DNA of 64,000 nt from Podarcis bocagei (taxonomy: Eukaryota): the NCBI GenBank assembly GCA_964188305.1, contig OZ076885.1, one strand, 5' to 3'. Shown piece by piece: positions 36,501 through 48,400 of the stretch (position 1 is the stretch's first letter; each line of letters starts with the position of its first letter). Both the position numbers and the translations under genes were made by a program. Under the pieces are notes generated by a model, which saw only the letters and a list, made by a program, of their open reading frames with translations, searched no databases and was not told where the DNA came from.

Positions 36501-38930
36501 ACTGAGCAAACCATTATCAAAGCGAGGAGCTCTTCCACTGAGGGGGCTACTGATATCGAGAAGCCTTTTGATAGCCAAATAATGCCTGACAAACAACCAT
36601 CATCACACAGCTCAGCCGAGGAACCCTCGTTGGCCCAGTTCCTTCTTTCTTTAAAAGATGAATCACTTATAAGCCAGGGAGGTGTGACAGGAGAATGTGA
36701 AACTACTGAATTCATGAATCCTCCTCTAGGAAATCTAACTGAAGGGGCTACCAAAGAAACTACTCTTCACGCTCAAGAACTTCCTACTCCTCCTCATGAA
36801 GGAGCAGATTTCTCTCTTACAAAGTATTTGCTTGCTGCCAGAGAACAGGAGATCCCAGTTGTCAGAGAGAGCTCATCCAGGACTCTGACCAGGGAGGGAT
36901 CTATCACATCCTTGGAAGTTGAAGATGTTACATTTAGCACCGTTTATGATTATTACAAACAACAGCAAGAACTGACCCGCCCTTTTTCTCCCGAGTCAGA
37001 AATGTCTATTGATATTGACAGCATGAGCGGAGACGAAATGGTAGAGGCTGAGGGATTCTACACACCACCGTCGTCAGTGGATAATTTTGAATCTCCCATG
37101 TCTTTTGAGTCTTATCACACACCAATTGGCAGCCCGGAACGATATTCTACACCTTCAGAGGAACGATACTCTACACCATCAGAGGAGCGATATTCTACAC
37201 CGTCAGAGGAACGATATTCTACACCATCAGAGGAGCGATATTCTACACCATCTGCAGAGTCAAACAGAACTTCAGTGAGGTCTCCTGCAAATCTAGTAAG
37301 GGGGAGTACCCCACCAGAACGTTATCAGACACCCCGTGGCTCTCGTTTGCAACACAGGAGCTCTTCTCTTGAAGAGCTACGTGCTGAAATGTTTGGTACA
37401 CCTTGTGAAGCATTGGAACCAAAGGGAAACGAAATTCCCCCTGCATTTATTAAGCCATTGACTAAAAGAAAAATCTATGAGAATACCACATTGCGTTTTA
37501 TTGCCGAGGTCATAGGGATTCCCATACCTGATGTGAAATGGTATAGAAATAAGTCATTGCTTGAGCAAGATGAAAGGGTCAAAATACAAAAAGAAGGTGA
37601 TGTTTGTATCTTAGAAATCCGCAACATTCAAAAAACAGACGGAGGGGAATATATGTGCCATGCAATAAATATCATAGGCGAATCCAAGAATATCGCACAA
37701 GTACAAGTGTTACCCCATGATGGAAGAGCTTTGGCTCTTCCTCCTCCAGTAACTCATCAACATGTCATAGAGTTTGATATAGAACAAGGGTCAGCATCAC
37801 GAACACCTTCGCCTCAGGAAATTCTCCTGGAAGTGGAGCTGGATGAAACTGAGATTAAGGAATGTGAGAAGCAAGTGAAAATAGCCACTATTCCTGAACT
37901 CACTTCTGATAATCAAAGTATGATTGTGTCTCTTGATGTGCTCCCTTTATCTCTGGTGGAACACACAACGGCTTCTTTTGGGAAAGAGAACGAAGATGTT
38001 ACAATTGACTTTGAAGTCACCGAGATGCCTCCACGCTTTACCACCCCTGTCTTTGACATAGAGGTTCCAGAAAAATCTGAGGCATTGTTTCATTGTACAG
38101 TCTCGGGCTGTCCTACCCCAGTAGTGCAGTGGTTTAAGGCAAATCAGTGCATTTCTTCAGACGCTTTGAAGTACGCTGTTAGAAGTGAGAATGGAAGTCA
38201 TAGTCTTAAAATTCAGAATGTACAGCATTCTGATAGTGGCATGTATTTGTGTAAGGCTGTTAATGCTGTTGGAGAAGCTATATGCAGGTGCTTGTTAGCT
38301 GTAACCGAGGGCCAAGGGGCTCTTGCAGTGACCAATGATGGAAGTCAGACAGATTTAAGTTTGGATAGCACTAGTGGTAGGCCTCAAAAGATTGATTTGC
38401 TTGTTGATAACACTATCCAAAATGGCAACCAGACAGAAATAGAGCTGGAGTTTGAGTTTGAAGGTGACACTGATGATTCTCAGAAAGCTGTTAAATTGGT
38501 AGCTGTTACAGAACAGGAGCAGGAAGAGGAAGGAGAAGCATGTGTAAATATTAACTTTGATGTATTTGCTGAACCATCCAAAGAAGAGCAGATTGAATTT
38601 AAAGGTGAGAGCACAGACAGCTGCAGCTTTGAATTTCAAGTTACAGAAGCACCTCCAAAGTTTATGAAACATATTTCCGATTGTGCTTCTTTCAAGGGTA
38701 CCTCTGCAAGTTTCCAGTGTTTAGTAGTTGGTTCTCCAAAACCGGCAATAAGCTGGTTTAAAAATGGGGTGTTGATTCACGAAGAGAGATACTGTGTGGA
38801 GGAAAGTCAGGAAGGTTGTCACAGTCTGACTATAAGAAGCTTAGTCCAAACTGATGAAGGCGAGTATAAGTGTGTAGCAACAAACAAAGCAGGGACTGCC
38901 TACAGCAGTGCTTCGTTAACAATCTGCTAA
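30550..38930 (+). CDS. TTN: titin Novex-3 alternative terminal exon (exon 48), ~2793 codons, six Ig domains, ends at TAA
   Basis: tttgcag| phase-1 acceptor in frame with ORF 30672..38930; starts ELF, contains KPSFTQKL, ERYSTP repeats, TPSPQEI, ends ASLTIC*. Confidence 0.96.
31911..31982 (+). repeat. 24-nt coding tandem repeat x3 (DDVSEREK/DDVSVREK/DDVNERGK)
   Basis: gatgatgtcagtgagagagagaaa unit, three near-identical copies. Confidence 0.9.
37137..37256 (+). repeat. 24-nt coding tandem repeat x5 (ERYSTPSE) in Novex-3
   Basis: gaacgatattctacaccatcagag unit with mostly synonymous differences. Confidence 0.95.
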
Positions 38931-39731
38931 ACGTCCTGCTTTCAAAATGTATTTATTCTTAAAGAGACAGCACATTTGCACCGCATTTAGAGATCCATCC
39001 TGGTAGACTATGTAGCAGTAATTTTGATGCTTCTTGTTATTTGAAGCAACCTTATGAGTGGGATTCACTGGCCCCTCCCCAAGACTCTCCCTACCGGGAA
39101 CTACTGTGGAGATGAAGTGATGCTTAGCTCTTATTATACGCTAAGCTTCACTCAAAGCAAGTTCCATTGATCCCGACACCGTATGCATCCTTGTAATGAT
39201 ATCATTGTAATTGTCACCCACATGTGTACACCATCTTTGTCTGATACATGTAAATATGATTGTTTTATTTAAAAGGTGCATTCACATTTTTGTTAAGAGG
39301 GTCTTGAAATATTTGATACCCCCTTTTTTCTTATAACTGACTTTTTTGGAATTGTACTTTATATGCACACTGAATTTTAAATGCAGTACCAGAAGAGAAA
39401 TGAGGATTTCCCTCTCGCAATGTTGTATCAGAAAATAACATTCTCTCTTGAACAGATCCTGAAATCTTATGTTCTTTCTCTCCCACTGAAGTGACTGAGA
39501 CTTATATTGATCTCATTCCAATTCAAATGATGAGTATTAACATGACACCAGTTGAAATACCCTGATTCAAAGAGAATCAGAGACCAAATTGGCCCGTTTG
39601 GGTTTTCTGTCACAGTGGAGATTGCAGAAAAAACTTTCAGATTTATTTTTCTTTTACCAAGTTAAAACTACCTGTTAGCTAGAGAAAAAGCAATGTAAAA
39701 CAGGCAAATATGCTAATGTGAAGCTATCATA

Positions 39732-39737
39732 AATAAA
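39732..39737 (+). terminator. candidate proximal poly(A) signal for the Novex-3 3' UTR
   Basis: First AATAAA I found after the stop at 38930; tgta lies ~35 nt upstream. Confidence 0.4.
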
Positions 39738-39899
39738 ATATATTGAAATTAAACTTCTTAGAGATGGTTACACTTTAGGTGGTCAATTAATCTCTAGCAA
39801 TGGATGAAATGAAACAGAACCCTGAAATCCATCTCAAACCAAGGCCTTGATATCCCAAAAAAAATTTTTAATACAATTCTTTATTGAGGGATATTCATG

Positions 39900-40035
39900 T
39901 TATTCTGTTGCAGCAAAATAGTAGTCCTGCGAACCTTCAAAGGCTAGCAAATTTATTATGTCACATTCACAAAAAAAAATACCATAATAAATTTGATAGT
40001 CTTTCAAGTATCATAAAACTCTTTGCTGGTTTTAA
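39900..40035. mobile_element. decayed Penelope-like inverted remnant
   Basis: aaggctagcaaatttattatg ... cataataaatttgatagtcttt imperfect inverted repeat; architecture like 17309-17551. Confidence 0.45.
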
Positions 40036-40320
40036 ACTTCTGTCATCATAGACTAGAAGAAGTATGAATTAAAAACCATGTTTTTCAGTATATGAACGGA
40101 CATGAATATTGTCCACTGTACAAATTTCATTCAGTAAAATGTTTTGTGCTGTGGTTGCATGCAAGCTTAGCTGGGACCAAATCCCATTGGAAACAATGGG
40201 ATTTTACTCCTGAGTAAACATGCCTAGGTTTGGGACTCTAAGGCTGCAGTTCCAGACCCTATATGCCTGAGAGTAAACCTAAATCAACGCAATGGGGCTT
40301 AACTCCATGTTGATCTGTAT

Positions 40321-40510
40321 CATGGGAGCCAACTCCTAGGGGCTGAGCTCCTTTTGCCCTCCCATATTTTATTTGAGGGGGTTGGTGGCTCTCCAAAGCT
40401 GATGGGCATTGCCATTCAAATGGTGTGTGTGTGTGCCATGTCTTGTGATCAATTATGTGGGGTGAGGCTTACATACCCCCCTCAATATTTTATTCAAGAT
40501 GGCACCCCTG
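40321..40510. mobile_element. hAT-type MITE
   Basis: TIR catgggagccaact / agatggcacccctg; 8-bp TSD atctgtat / atccgtat. Confidence 0.72.
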
Positions 40511-40538
40511 ATCCGTATAGGACTTCACTCCCTGTGTA

Positions 40539-40768
40539 CAGTGGTGCCTCGCAAGACGAAATTAATTCGTTCCGCAAGTTTTGCCGTCTAGCGAATTTTT
40601 CGTCTTGCGAAGCACGGTTTTAACGGTTTAACAAAGTCGCAAGACGTTTTCGTCTTGCGAAGCAAGCCCATAGGGAAATTCGTCTTGCGAGGCAAATCGC
40701 AAACGGAAAAACCTTTCGTCTAGCGAGTTTTTTGTCTTGCGAGGCATTCGTCTTGCGAGGTACCACTG
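40539..40768. mobile_element. Tc1/mariner (Tigger/pogo-like) MITE
   Basis: 22-bp TIR cagtggtgcctcgcaagacgaa / ttcgtcttgcgaggtaccactg, TA on both flanks, internal repeats of ttcgtcttgcga. Confidence 0.87.
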
Positions 40769-42335
40769 TATATGAAAAAAAGAAAAAGAAAATACATAGG
40801 TAATCTAGTCACTATTGTGATCAGCACCAAAAGCACATTCTCTAACTCAGACATATTGATAAACGAAAATAGCCTTTTAACACTAGAAAAGAATACACCA
40901 CTCTGAGACAGCTACCTTTAAATATGAAACTGTACTTTTGAGAGTTCCTGCTTTATATTATTTTCAACACTGATATTTAAAAGAAGCATGATAATTTATA
41001 CTTAAATAAATTGGTGCATTTATATACTCAGTTGTGCACATGCATGCTCTTATTTCTATATTTATGTGCTCAGTCTTTCATCAAAAATCTGTGGCTTTAG
41101 GCACCACATAATCCCAAAGCTGATGCTATATTACTAGGAATTGCTGAAGTTCCCAAATATGTTAGAATTACTCTTCAAAATATAGAGCAGGTCATGTAAA
41201 GAAAAGAGTAAATATGCCCGCCCCCATACCATCAACTTTTATCTGTGGTTCTCATCACAGAATCTTACATAGGGCAAAGACAGAAGCTTTGCTTCGAAAT
41301 GCAGAGCTACTTGCCCGAGACATGCATAACATGTTTTGTCAAATAGCTTGGGTGATCTGTGGAAAGCAGCCTGTATGGCTCCTTTATCACAGGATCCTCA
41401 GAACGGAAATCTCGCCGCCACTGATTTCAAAATTACAAGTTTGATTCGGTTTCCAGCCAAGCCATTTTCAGTCTCAGTTGACTAGAAATTTCAAACAGTT
41501 TAGACACCTGGTAACATACTAGGCATTTATATGTAAAACCTAAGGAAAAAAGTAAAAGGGGGGGGGAGGGTGTTTCCTTTTGGAAACACTAAACTGACAC
41601 AATGGATATCACAGGGTATTTCAGCACTCTCAACGTGCTGACAGTAGGCATTAAAATAATTTGCATGGCAGTTAAAATGTTTCAATAGTGTAAGAGTATA
41701 AGAGAAATGAAATTTCTGATCCAACATTGAGCTGGGTAGAAATTGCTCATAGCATTGTGTCCATTGTCATTCCCGATATAGTTGACTAGCAGTTTTGGAG
41801 CAAATGAAGTGCAGCTATCCCAGCATATTAGGGAAAATGCATTGAATGTATTATATGGTCTGATGCTATCAGAAAGCCCACGGTGTTTCACTCTGAATAA
41901 GTTCAGCCACCATATCTGACCTCTCACACTCACTTCCAGCTGGTAGTATTTTTGCATCCACTTTATCTGTGACCTGATCCTGTAAATCCAAACCATTGGT
42001 TACAGTCAAAATCATGGCCAAGTAGTTGTGATGAAAGCAAAGACTGGCAGCTACACCTGTAGCATTGCATGCAACTAAGCCCTACTCAGAGTTGACCCAT
42101 TTAAATTAATGGATGTAATTTAGTCATACCCATTAATTTCAGTTGGCTCTAAGTAGGACTAATGTTGGCTACAATTCCCATCTTCCAAAGCTAGCATTTA
42201 AGCTATACACTTTTCCAGTGTCAACTCAGATGTCTTTTTTCATAGTTACAGGGTATTCTTAAAAAAAAGGAACGAAAGAGCTTTATTTGTTCATATTTGA
42301 TGTTACATTTTAAATGTCAATGTATATATTGTTTT

Positions 42336-42341
42336 AATAAA
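42336..42341 (+). terminator. candidate distal poly(A) signal for the Novex-3 3' UTR
   Basis: tgtatatattgtttt-AATAAA-agttcaaaataca followed by GU/U-rich gactttggtttcgtattctt. Confidence 0.5.
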
Positions 42342-42668
42342 AGTTCAAAATACAGTACTCGACTTTGGTTTCGTATTCTTCATTGGGCATACATTGATGA
42401 ATTAATTATTGACCTTTAAACAATGGTGGTATGTATGTGAAGGTCATAACCTTTATGCCCATCCTTCTAGACATATGAAACTAGAAACACATAATTTTTT
42501 CTAGAGTTGAACAGAGGGTGGGATGTTGGGAAAGTTCTCTTTGTAACTGTCAAACAAAGAACAGTTAACTTACTCTGGCATTTAAATTTAAAAACATGTA
42601 CCAGTCATTTGCACACATGCTCAATTAATCATTAGTAGACAGCTGCAGTGTTCTAACAGAGTACTTTA

Positions 42669-42735
42669 AATGTTTGTAGGGGAAATGTAATGTTTGTAGG
42701 GGAAATGTAATGTTTGTAGGGGAAATGTAATGTTT
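42669..42735. repeat. 20-nt minisatellite x~3.3
   Basis: tgtttgtaggggaaatgtaa perfect copies. Confidence 0.95.
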
Positions 42736-43714
42736 AGAGCCCCAAAGGTATAAAGGCCTCCCTAGAACCTTGAAGGTACACAAGACTCCCATGGTTCTCT
42801 GTGACAGAGACAAAGAAAATTCTGTGCTGCCAGGGATTCTCCCCCCCCCCATAGATTTTAGGTAGAGCTATATCGCTTGTTTGTTTGTTTGCTTGATTGA
42901 TTTAAATTTGTATACCGCCCTATGCCTGCAGGTCTCAGGGCAGTTACAACATAATATCACAATAATATAAAAACACAAAATACATAATAAAAAAAGAAAC
43001 AGAAAATATCTTTATTGTACCACTTGATCTGGAGGTAATAGCTGTATAATCCTCCTCATATCATAGTTTAACCATTTGTGGATCTTAATTGCCATTTTAG
43101 AAAAAGGGAGGAATTTGTAGTATTTAGTGCGGCAAAACTGAGTGGTTTTGTAAAAGTCCCGAAAACATGTCCGCCTCCATACCATCAACTTTATCTGTGG
43201 TTATCATTGCAGAATCTTACATAGGGCAAAGACGAAAGCTTTGCTTCGAAACACTGAGCTGCTTTGTTTTGTAGTTTTGTAGAATTTGTAGTATTAAATG
43301 TGGCAAAAGTGAGGGCATGGATTAGGAAGTCAATATCTAACTGATCCATGCCCCCATTGGAGGACTTACAGAAGCTCATGCACATAAGAAAGGATGGCAA
43401 CCAATTGGTGGGGAAAGCCAAATTGTTTCCTGACTGCTTGTCTGCCTGGCACAGTGTATGTGGACCATTTGTGGTCTTCTGATCAAGAGCTGAGAGTCAC
43501 ATGGCCTCTGAGTATTAAGAAGATGAATGTTTTCCTTCCAGAGGAAGGCTATACTGCCTAGGATACCTTATATGATCAAATACCTCTGGGTAGAGAAAGA
43601 AACACTGGCACTATCAATACTGAACCATATGGTTGGCATAAAATAGTTGTCTGTGTCTTTGACTTGGAACTAATTTTTGCTGGCTGAGCTCTAGAACATT
43701 CTGCCTTAGGGCTA

Positions 43715-43804
43715 ATATTGTATTTTAATATTCTGTTGGAAGCCGCCCAGAATGGCTGGGGAAACCCAGCCAGATGGGCGGGGTATAAATAAATTATTAT
43801 TATT
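43715..43804 (+). mobile_element. LINE-2 extreme 3' end
   Basis: ggaagccgcccagaatggctggggaaacccagccagatgggcggggtataaataa(att)n stem-loop and tail. Confidence 0.62.
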
Positions 43805-44962
43805 TCCAACACCATAATTCTATGTTTCTACTGAATGGCATGAAGTGGAGTGCATTAGTTGTGCTTGACTGTTTAATTCAGTTGAAATGAATGGGATTTA
43901 TGGTTCATTGATTTCAATGGGACTTAAGCATCCCCCCCCCCCGGATTGGTGCTGTATAATCAGTAGCACCATTTCAGTGAATACCTTTTATTTCACTTAC
44001 CATCCTACACCTCAGACCACATTCCTTTTTCAGATATAAAACAGCCCCATAAAGCAAATCCAATAAGAATAATTGCTGAATCTACCTCCAGGTGTTAAGT
44101 GTACTTTAAGTCACACAAAAAATACGTAGAAGATTATATACCAGTGTAAAAAATTATTACAAGTTTAAATATTTATTATTGTGTGATATGTTACTGAATC
44201 CCTATCCCAATTAATATTCTCTTTATGACTTTATGACTTGGAGTGAGATTTCCTTTTCCATTAATAGAAGGGTTCCTTTCTTCTGCAGAAGTTTCTCTGT
44301 TCCAACAGAGGATCCCGCTGACAGAAAATGTGAGAGATAATTTTTGTGGATTCCTCCTTCCCCTTGCATTCTCATGCCACAGGAGGGTTCCCCAAATTTG
44401 CCAGAGCAAATTTTCAGGGGGATGCAGGGTGAAGCAGCAAAATTTTCCTTTTCTTCCTTCTGTCAGCAGGAACACCCCATAATGAGCATTCAGCTCATGG
44501 ATCTGCAGTACCTTTTTTTTTTTTTAAGGGAGTATTTAAATCATCAAACATTTTATTGCAGACTCTTGTATCTCCTAGATCAACTTTCCTCAGCCTGGTA
44601 TCCTCCATACATCTGAGGCTCTCAGCTCCCATCATCCCTGACCGACAGCCATACTGGTTGGAGCAGATGGAAATTGTAGTCCAAAACATCTGTAGAATAG
44701 CAGGAGAGGGAAGACTGCCCTTGATGGGGAACTTGTGGCCCTCCAGACTTTGCTAGATTTCAATTCCCATCAGTCCCAGCCACAATGGCTAATGTTCTAG
44801 AATGATGGGAGCTGTGATTTTGCTTTTTTAGTAAAAGTGAACATCTGAGTCTGTCTATACATATTAAACACCAACCCATATATCTGAGATGTATTATGCC
44901 TTCAGTTTATATGCAGATATTCCCCAATATTCATGCACTAATTAAATGGGAAATTGTCAATA

Positions 44963-45210
44963 CAGTGGTACCTTGGTACTCGAATGGCTTGGTTCCCAAA
45001 AAAATGAACTCCAGAACGCCGCAAACCCGAAAGGTGTTCTAGGTTGTGAATGTTTTTTGAACGCCTAATGTCCAACGTGACAGACAAGTGGCTTCCGATT
45101 GGCTCTTCTGATTGCAAGAGCCAATCAGAAGCCGTGCCTTGGAAATCGAACGTTTCGGAAGTTGAACATCCTTCTGGAACAGATTACGTTCAGCATCTGA
45201 GGTACCACTG
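44963..45210. mobile_element. Tc1/mariner (Tigger-like) MITE, older
   Basis: ta|cagtggtacct ... gaggtaccactg|tg. Confidence 0.7.
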
Positions 45211-45405
45211 TGTAAACTAAATCCTAAAATAATGTCCACCCTTTGATTCAAGGTATATTTTAAAATATATGAATGTTTTAATCATCTTGCAGCATTACAA
45301 AGTGTTGTCCTAACATGATAATTGATTGATAGTATCTGGTAGGTACAAGATGAATTTTTCAAGAAAGCATTTTAGTAAAATGTAAATAATTTTTTCCCCA
45401 TACAG

Positions 45406-48400
45406 AGATTTCTAGCTCTATTATTGTGTCTTCTGAGGAAGAAAGAACTGAGAGTTACACCAGCGGCCTACAATTATCTGATAGAGATAAAACACTTGAA
45501 CTCATGCCTGAAGATCCAGTTTATTCTAGCAGTTTAGAGGTGAAAAGGGAGAAGAGCAATGTCCCAACCTTCCTCAAGCATGTGTCAAATGTTGAAATAA
45601 GTTTAGGAGATTTAGCTAGACTTTCTGTTGTAGTTACTGGGGATCCAAAACCACAGATACAATGGTATTTCAATAGTGTTAAGCTGACATCATCTGCTGA
45701 CTATAAGTTTGTGTTTGATGATGAAAACTATAGCCTCATTATTCTCTCCACAAAATTTGACCATGAAGGGGAATATACTTGCATTGCTAGTAATATCCAT
45801 GGAGAGACGGCCTGCTCTGCTTATCTGAAGGTCAACCCTAAGGGAGATGAAAGGGAACTGGAGGCAGAATTCACTGCAGAGAAGACAGGAAGTCCTCAAC
45901 CTCCATATTTTGTTAGGAAGCTAGACCCTGTTCAGTGTGCACAAGGTGCTCCTGCTGTGTTTGAGTACAAAGTGGCTGGGTACCCACCTCCAGAGATTCA
46001 GTGGTTTAGGGGAAGCAACCAGATTTTCTCCTGTGCACAATACACTATCATTCATAATCGAGATGGTTCTGGGTCACTAATGGTGAATAACTGCCAGGGG
46101 CCCGATGGTGGCTTATACATCTGTAAGGGAATCAACCTCATAGGTGAAGCCTCTAGCAGTGCAGAACTTCTTGTTCTCTTAGACGTGCCTGGGGAGGCTC
46201 CATATAAGGAACAGAAGAGTAAACAGAAAACACGCACCAAGTCATATAAAGAAACTGTAAGTGACGAGGCTACCATCTCACGGATATATGCCGTTAAACT
46301 GCCTGGTGATGATAGGCATGATGGGCAGCATGTGATGTATACAATTGGAACTGAAGATAGGCATTCACTACATAGTGAAGAGGTAGATGTTTTGCAGGTG
46401 GCTTCCTACTCAACAGCTACTGTACAGCAGGAAGCCCTTCTGACCCAACAAGTAGCCTTGCTTGAGTCTCACAAAGTTGGAGAAATTGCAGATCCATCTT
46501 CTCAGGCCAGTGAAAGGGTGGCTTCTTCAGCTTTTACCACAGGTGAGGTGAAGGAGCATCCCGGTTTCCTAGAGCAACACTCTGAACCAATTCAAAGCCC
46601 ACCAATAGTCGAATTGCCAGGTTCCTGGAGCCACCAAGTTTCTGACATCTGTTTACCTGTTGTGGAGGAAATAAACCAAGAAGACAAAGAAAAGGGGCTG
46701 CAAACCAAGCTTCCAGAAATGGTCAGGCCAACGTCAGCTATAGAGCAAACATCTCAGTTTGCCTCCATTATATCTGAGGAGAAATATGTGGTAAGCCCAG
46801 GTGAGTCTGCTGTATTCTCAGTCCCAGGAGCTGAGGAAGTTATTGAAACCAGTGAGCCTAAACATGCAGTGTGTGTTCCTAGAATTGAGGGCATCCAAGA
46901 ATTGTCCAAGGAAAGTTCTTTGGCAGACCACACACACAAGTGGGAGAATGTCGCACCAGCTAAAGAACGAGGCAGCTTTTTTCAGTCTGTTGTAGCAGCA
47001 GAACAATGCAAGATAAGTGAAGCTCATGCTGAGGCAATTGATTATGCTGATTCACCTGCAGAAGTTCGTCCAACCCAAGAATCATCCAATGTATTGCATG
47101 TGGCTACGATTGCCTCTGAACAGATGTTCCCCAAAGAGTCCGCCTTTGATGCAACCATTGCAGATCAGCAGAAGGGCTCACTGGAACAGGACAGGCTTGT
47201 CCAAACAGCTCTGGTTGCTGAAGAAAAGCAGCAGCTCTTTGATGAACACACTGAGGACCTTCCCAGGTTAGACTGCACAGTGGTAGCGGAAATACAAAGA
47301 GAGGGTGAAAAGCCACTGCATTTGCCTGTTGTACATGGACAAGGCTCACTTGCTAGGGAAGAGCATTTTAGTTCTGAAGTCCCCCTGGAAGATGAGGCAC
47401 TGTCTAGGAAAAGCCCATGTTTGCTACACTGCTTAGTAACAGAAGAACAAGTCTCCACGTCTTGTGAAGATGCTAAGCAGTTTCCTCCTCTGGCAGAGGC
47501 AGTTAACATTCAGGTCACCCAGGAGCCCATTTCTGTGTTGCATCTCCAAACGAGCCAAACTGAGCAAGTGTTGCCTAAGGAAGGCATCTTGGCTGTACAA
47601 GAACCCGAATCCCAAAATGCTTTGCAGAAAGCTGAAATAATGCTCAAACGTGCTGTGGCGTCTGAGGAAAAAAACAAGATAGCTGCCGAGGCCCTAGAGG
47701 CCTTTCAGAGTGGCATTGCTGGAGAATGCCCTGTGGCTATAGCAGAGCCTCAGCTTCGTAAGTGTCTGACCACTGTGGCTGAGGAGATGCTTCTGCCCAA
47801 AGAGGAAATCCTCCCCGAAGCAGGAAAAGAGCAGAAAGCTACCCTGAGGAAGGAAGACTTTCAAACAGTGATGCAGGTATCTGATGTGACTGAAGAGAGG
47901 GTTTTGGATGTCGGACATGCTGAGCCATTTGAGGCTGTTCAGGCCATGAGTTGTGAGGTGATGTCTGAGCCCAGGTTGCCTTCAGAATCCACCTGCGTTG
48001 AGGAGCAAGGTGTTCCGATAGAGAGCATCGATCTCTTGGAAGCCACAGAGCAAGAATTTGCAGCCCGCATCCAAGAAGGTCAGTCAGTCAGGCTCCCAAT
48101 GTCATTGGAGGAAAAACAGCCATTAAAGGAAGAGCACTTGGACAAGATCACAAGGCCAGATGCTGAGAACGTAAAGGCCCAGAAGCAACTGGGGCTGCTT
48201 ATGGATGTGCCTGAAACATGGGAAAACAAAGTGCTTCGGAAAGAACAAGAACTTGCAGCTGAGACTCCAGTATGTTGTAGCTTAGATATAAAGGCTCAGA
48301 TCAGAAGGGCCCTGAAAGTAGCTCTGACAAATGAACAGCACTTATTTCCATTCGATGCTTTCGATGATATTGAGAGCGTTCAATTAAAAACTGTAACAGT

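Noticed and set aside
37137-37256. 24-nt repeats as a CRISPR or non-coding array
   Set aside because: No spacers; in-frame coding repeat with silent-site variation
30672-38930. 2752-aa ORF as a stand-alone intronless gene nested in titin
   Set aside because: The frame extends upstream to a phase-1 acceptor at 30550 and the sequence matches the Novex-3 terminal exon
40539-40768. Spaced ttcgtcttgcga repeats resembling a CRISPR array
   Set aside because: Repeats are short, irregularly spaced and lie inside a TA-flanked TIR element in a vertebrate intron; no cas genes
41212-41330. H/ACA snoRNA interpretation of the duplicated 100-nt element
   Set aside because: The second hairpin is too short and the second copy lacks a matching ACA end; kept only as an unexplained duplication
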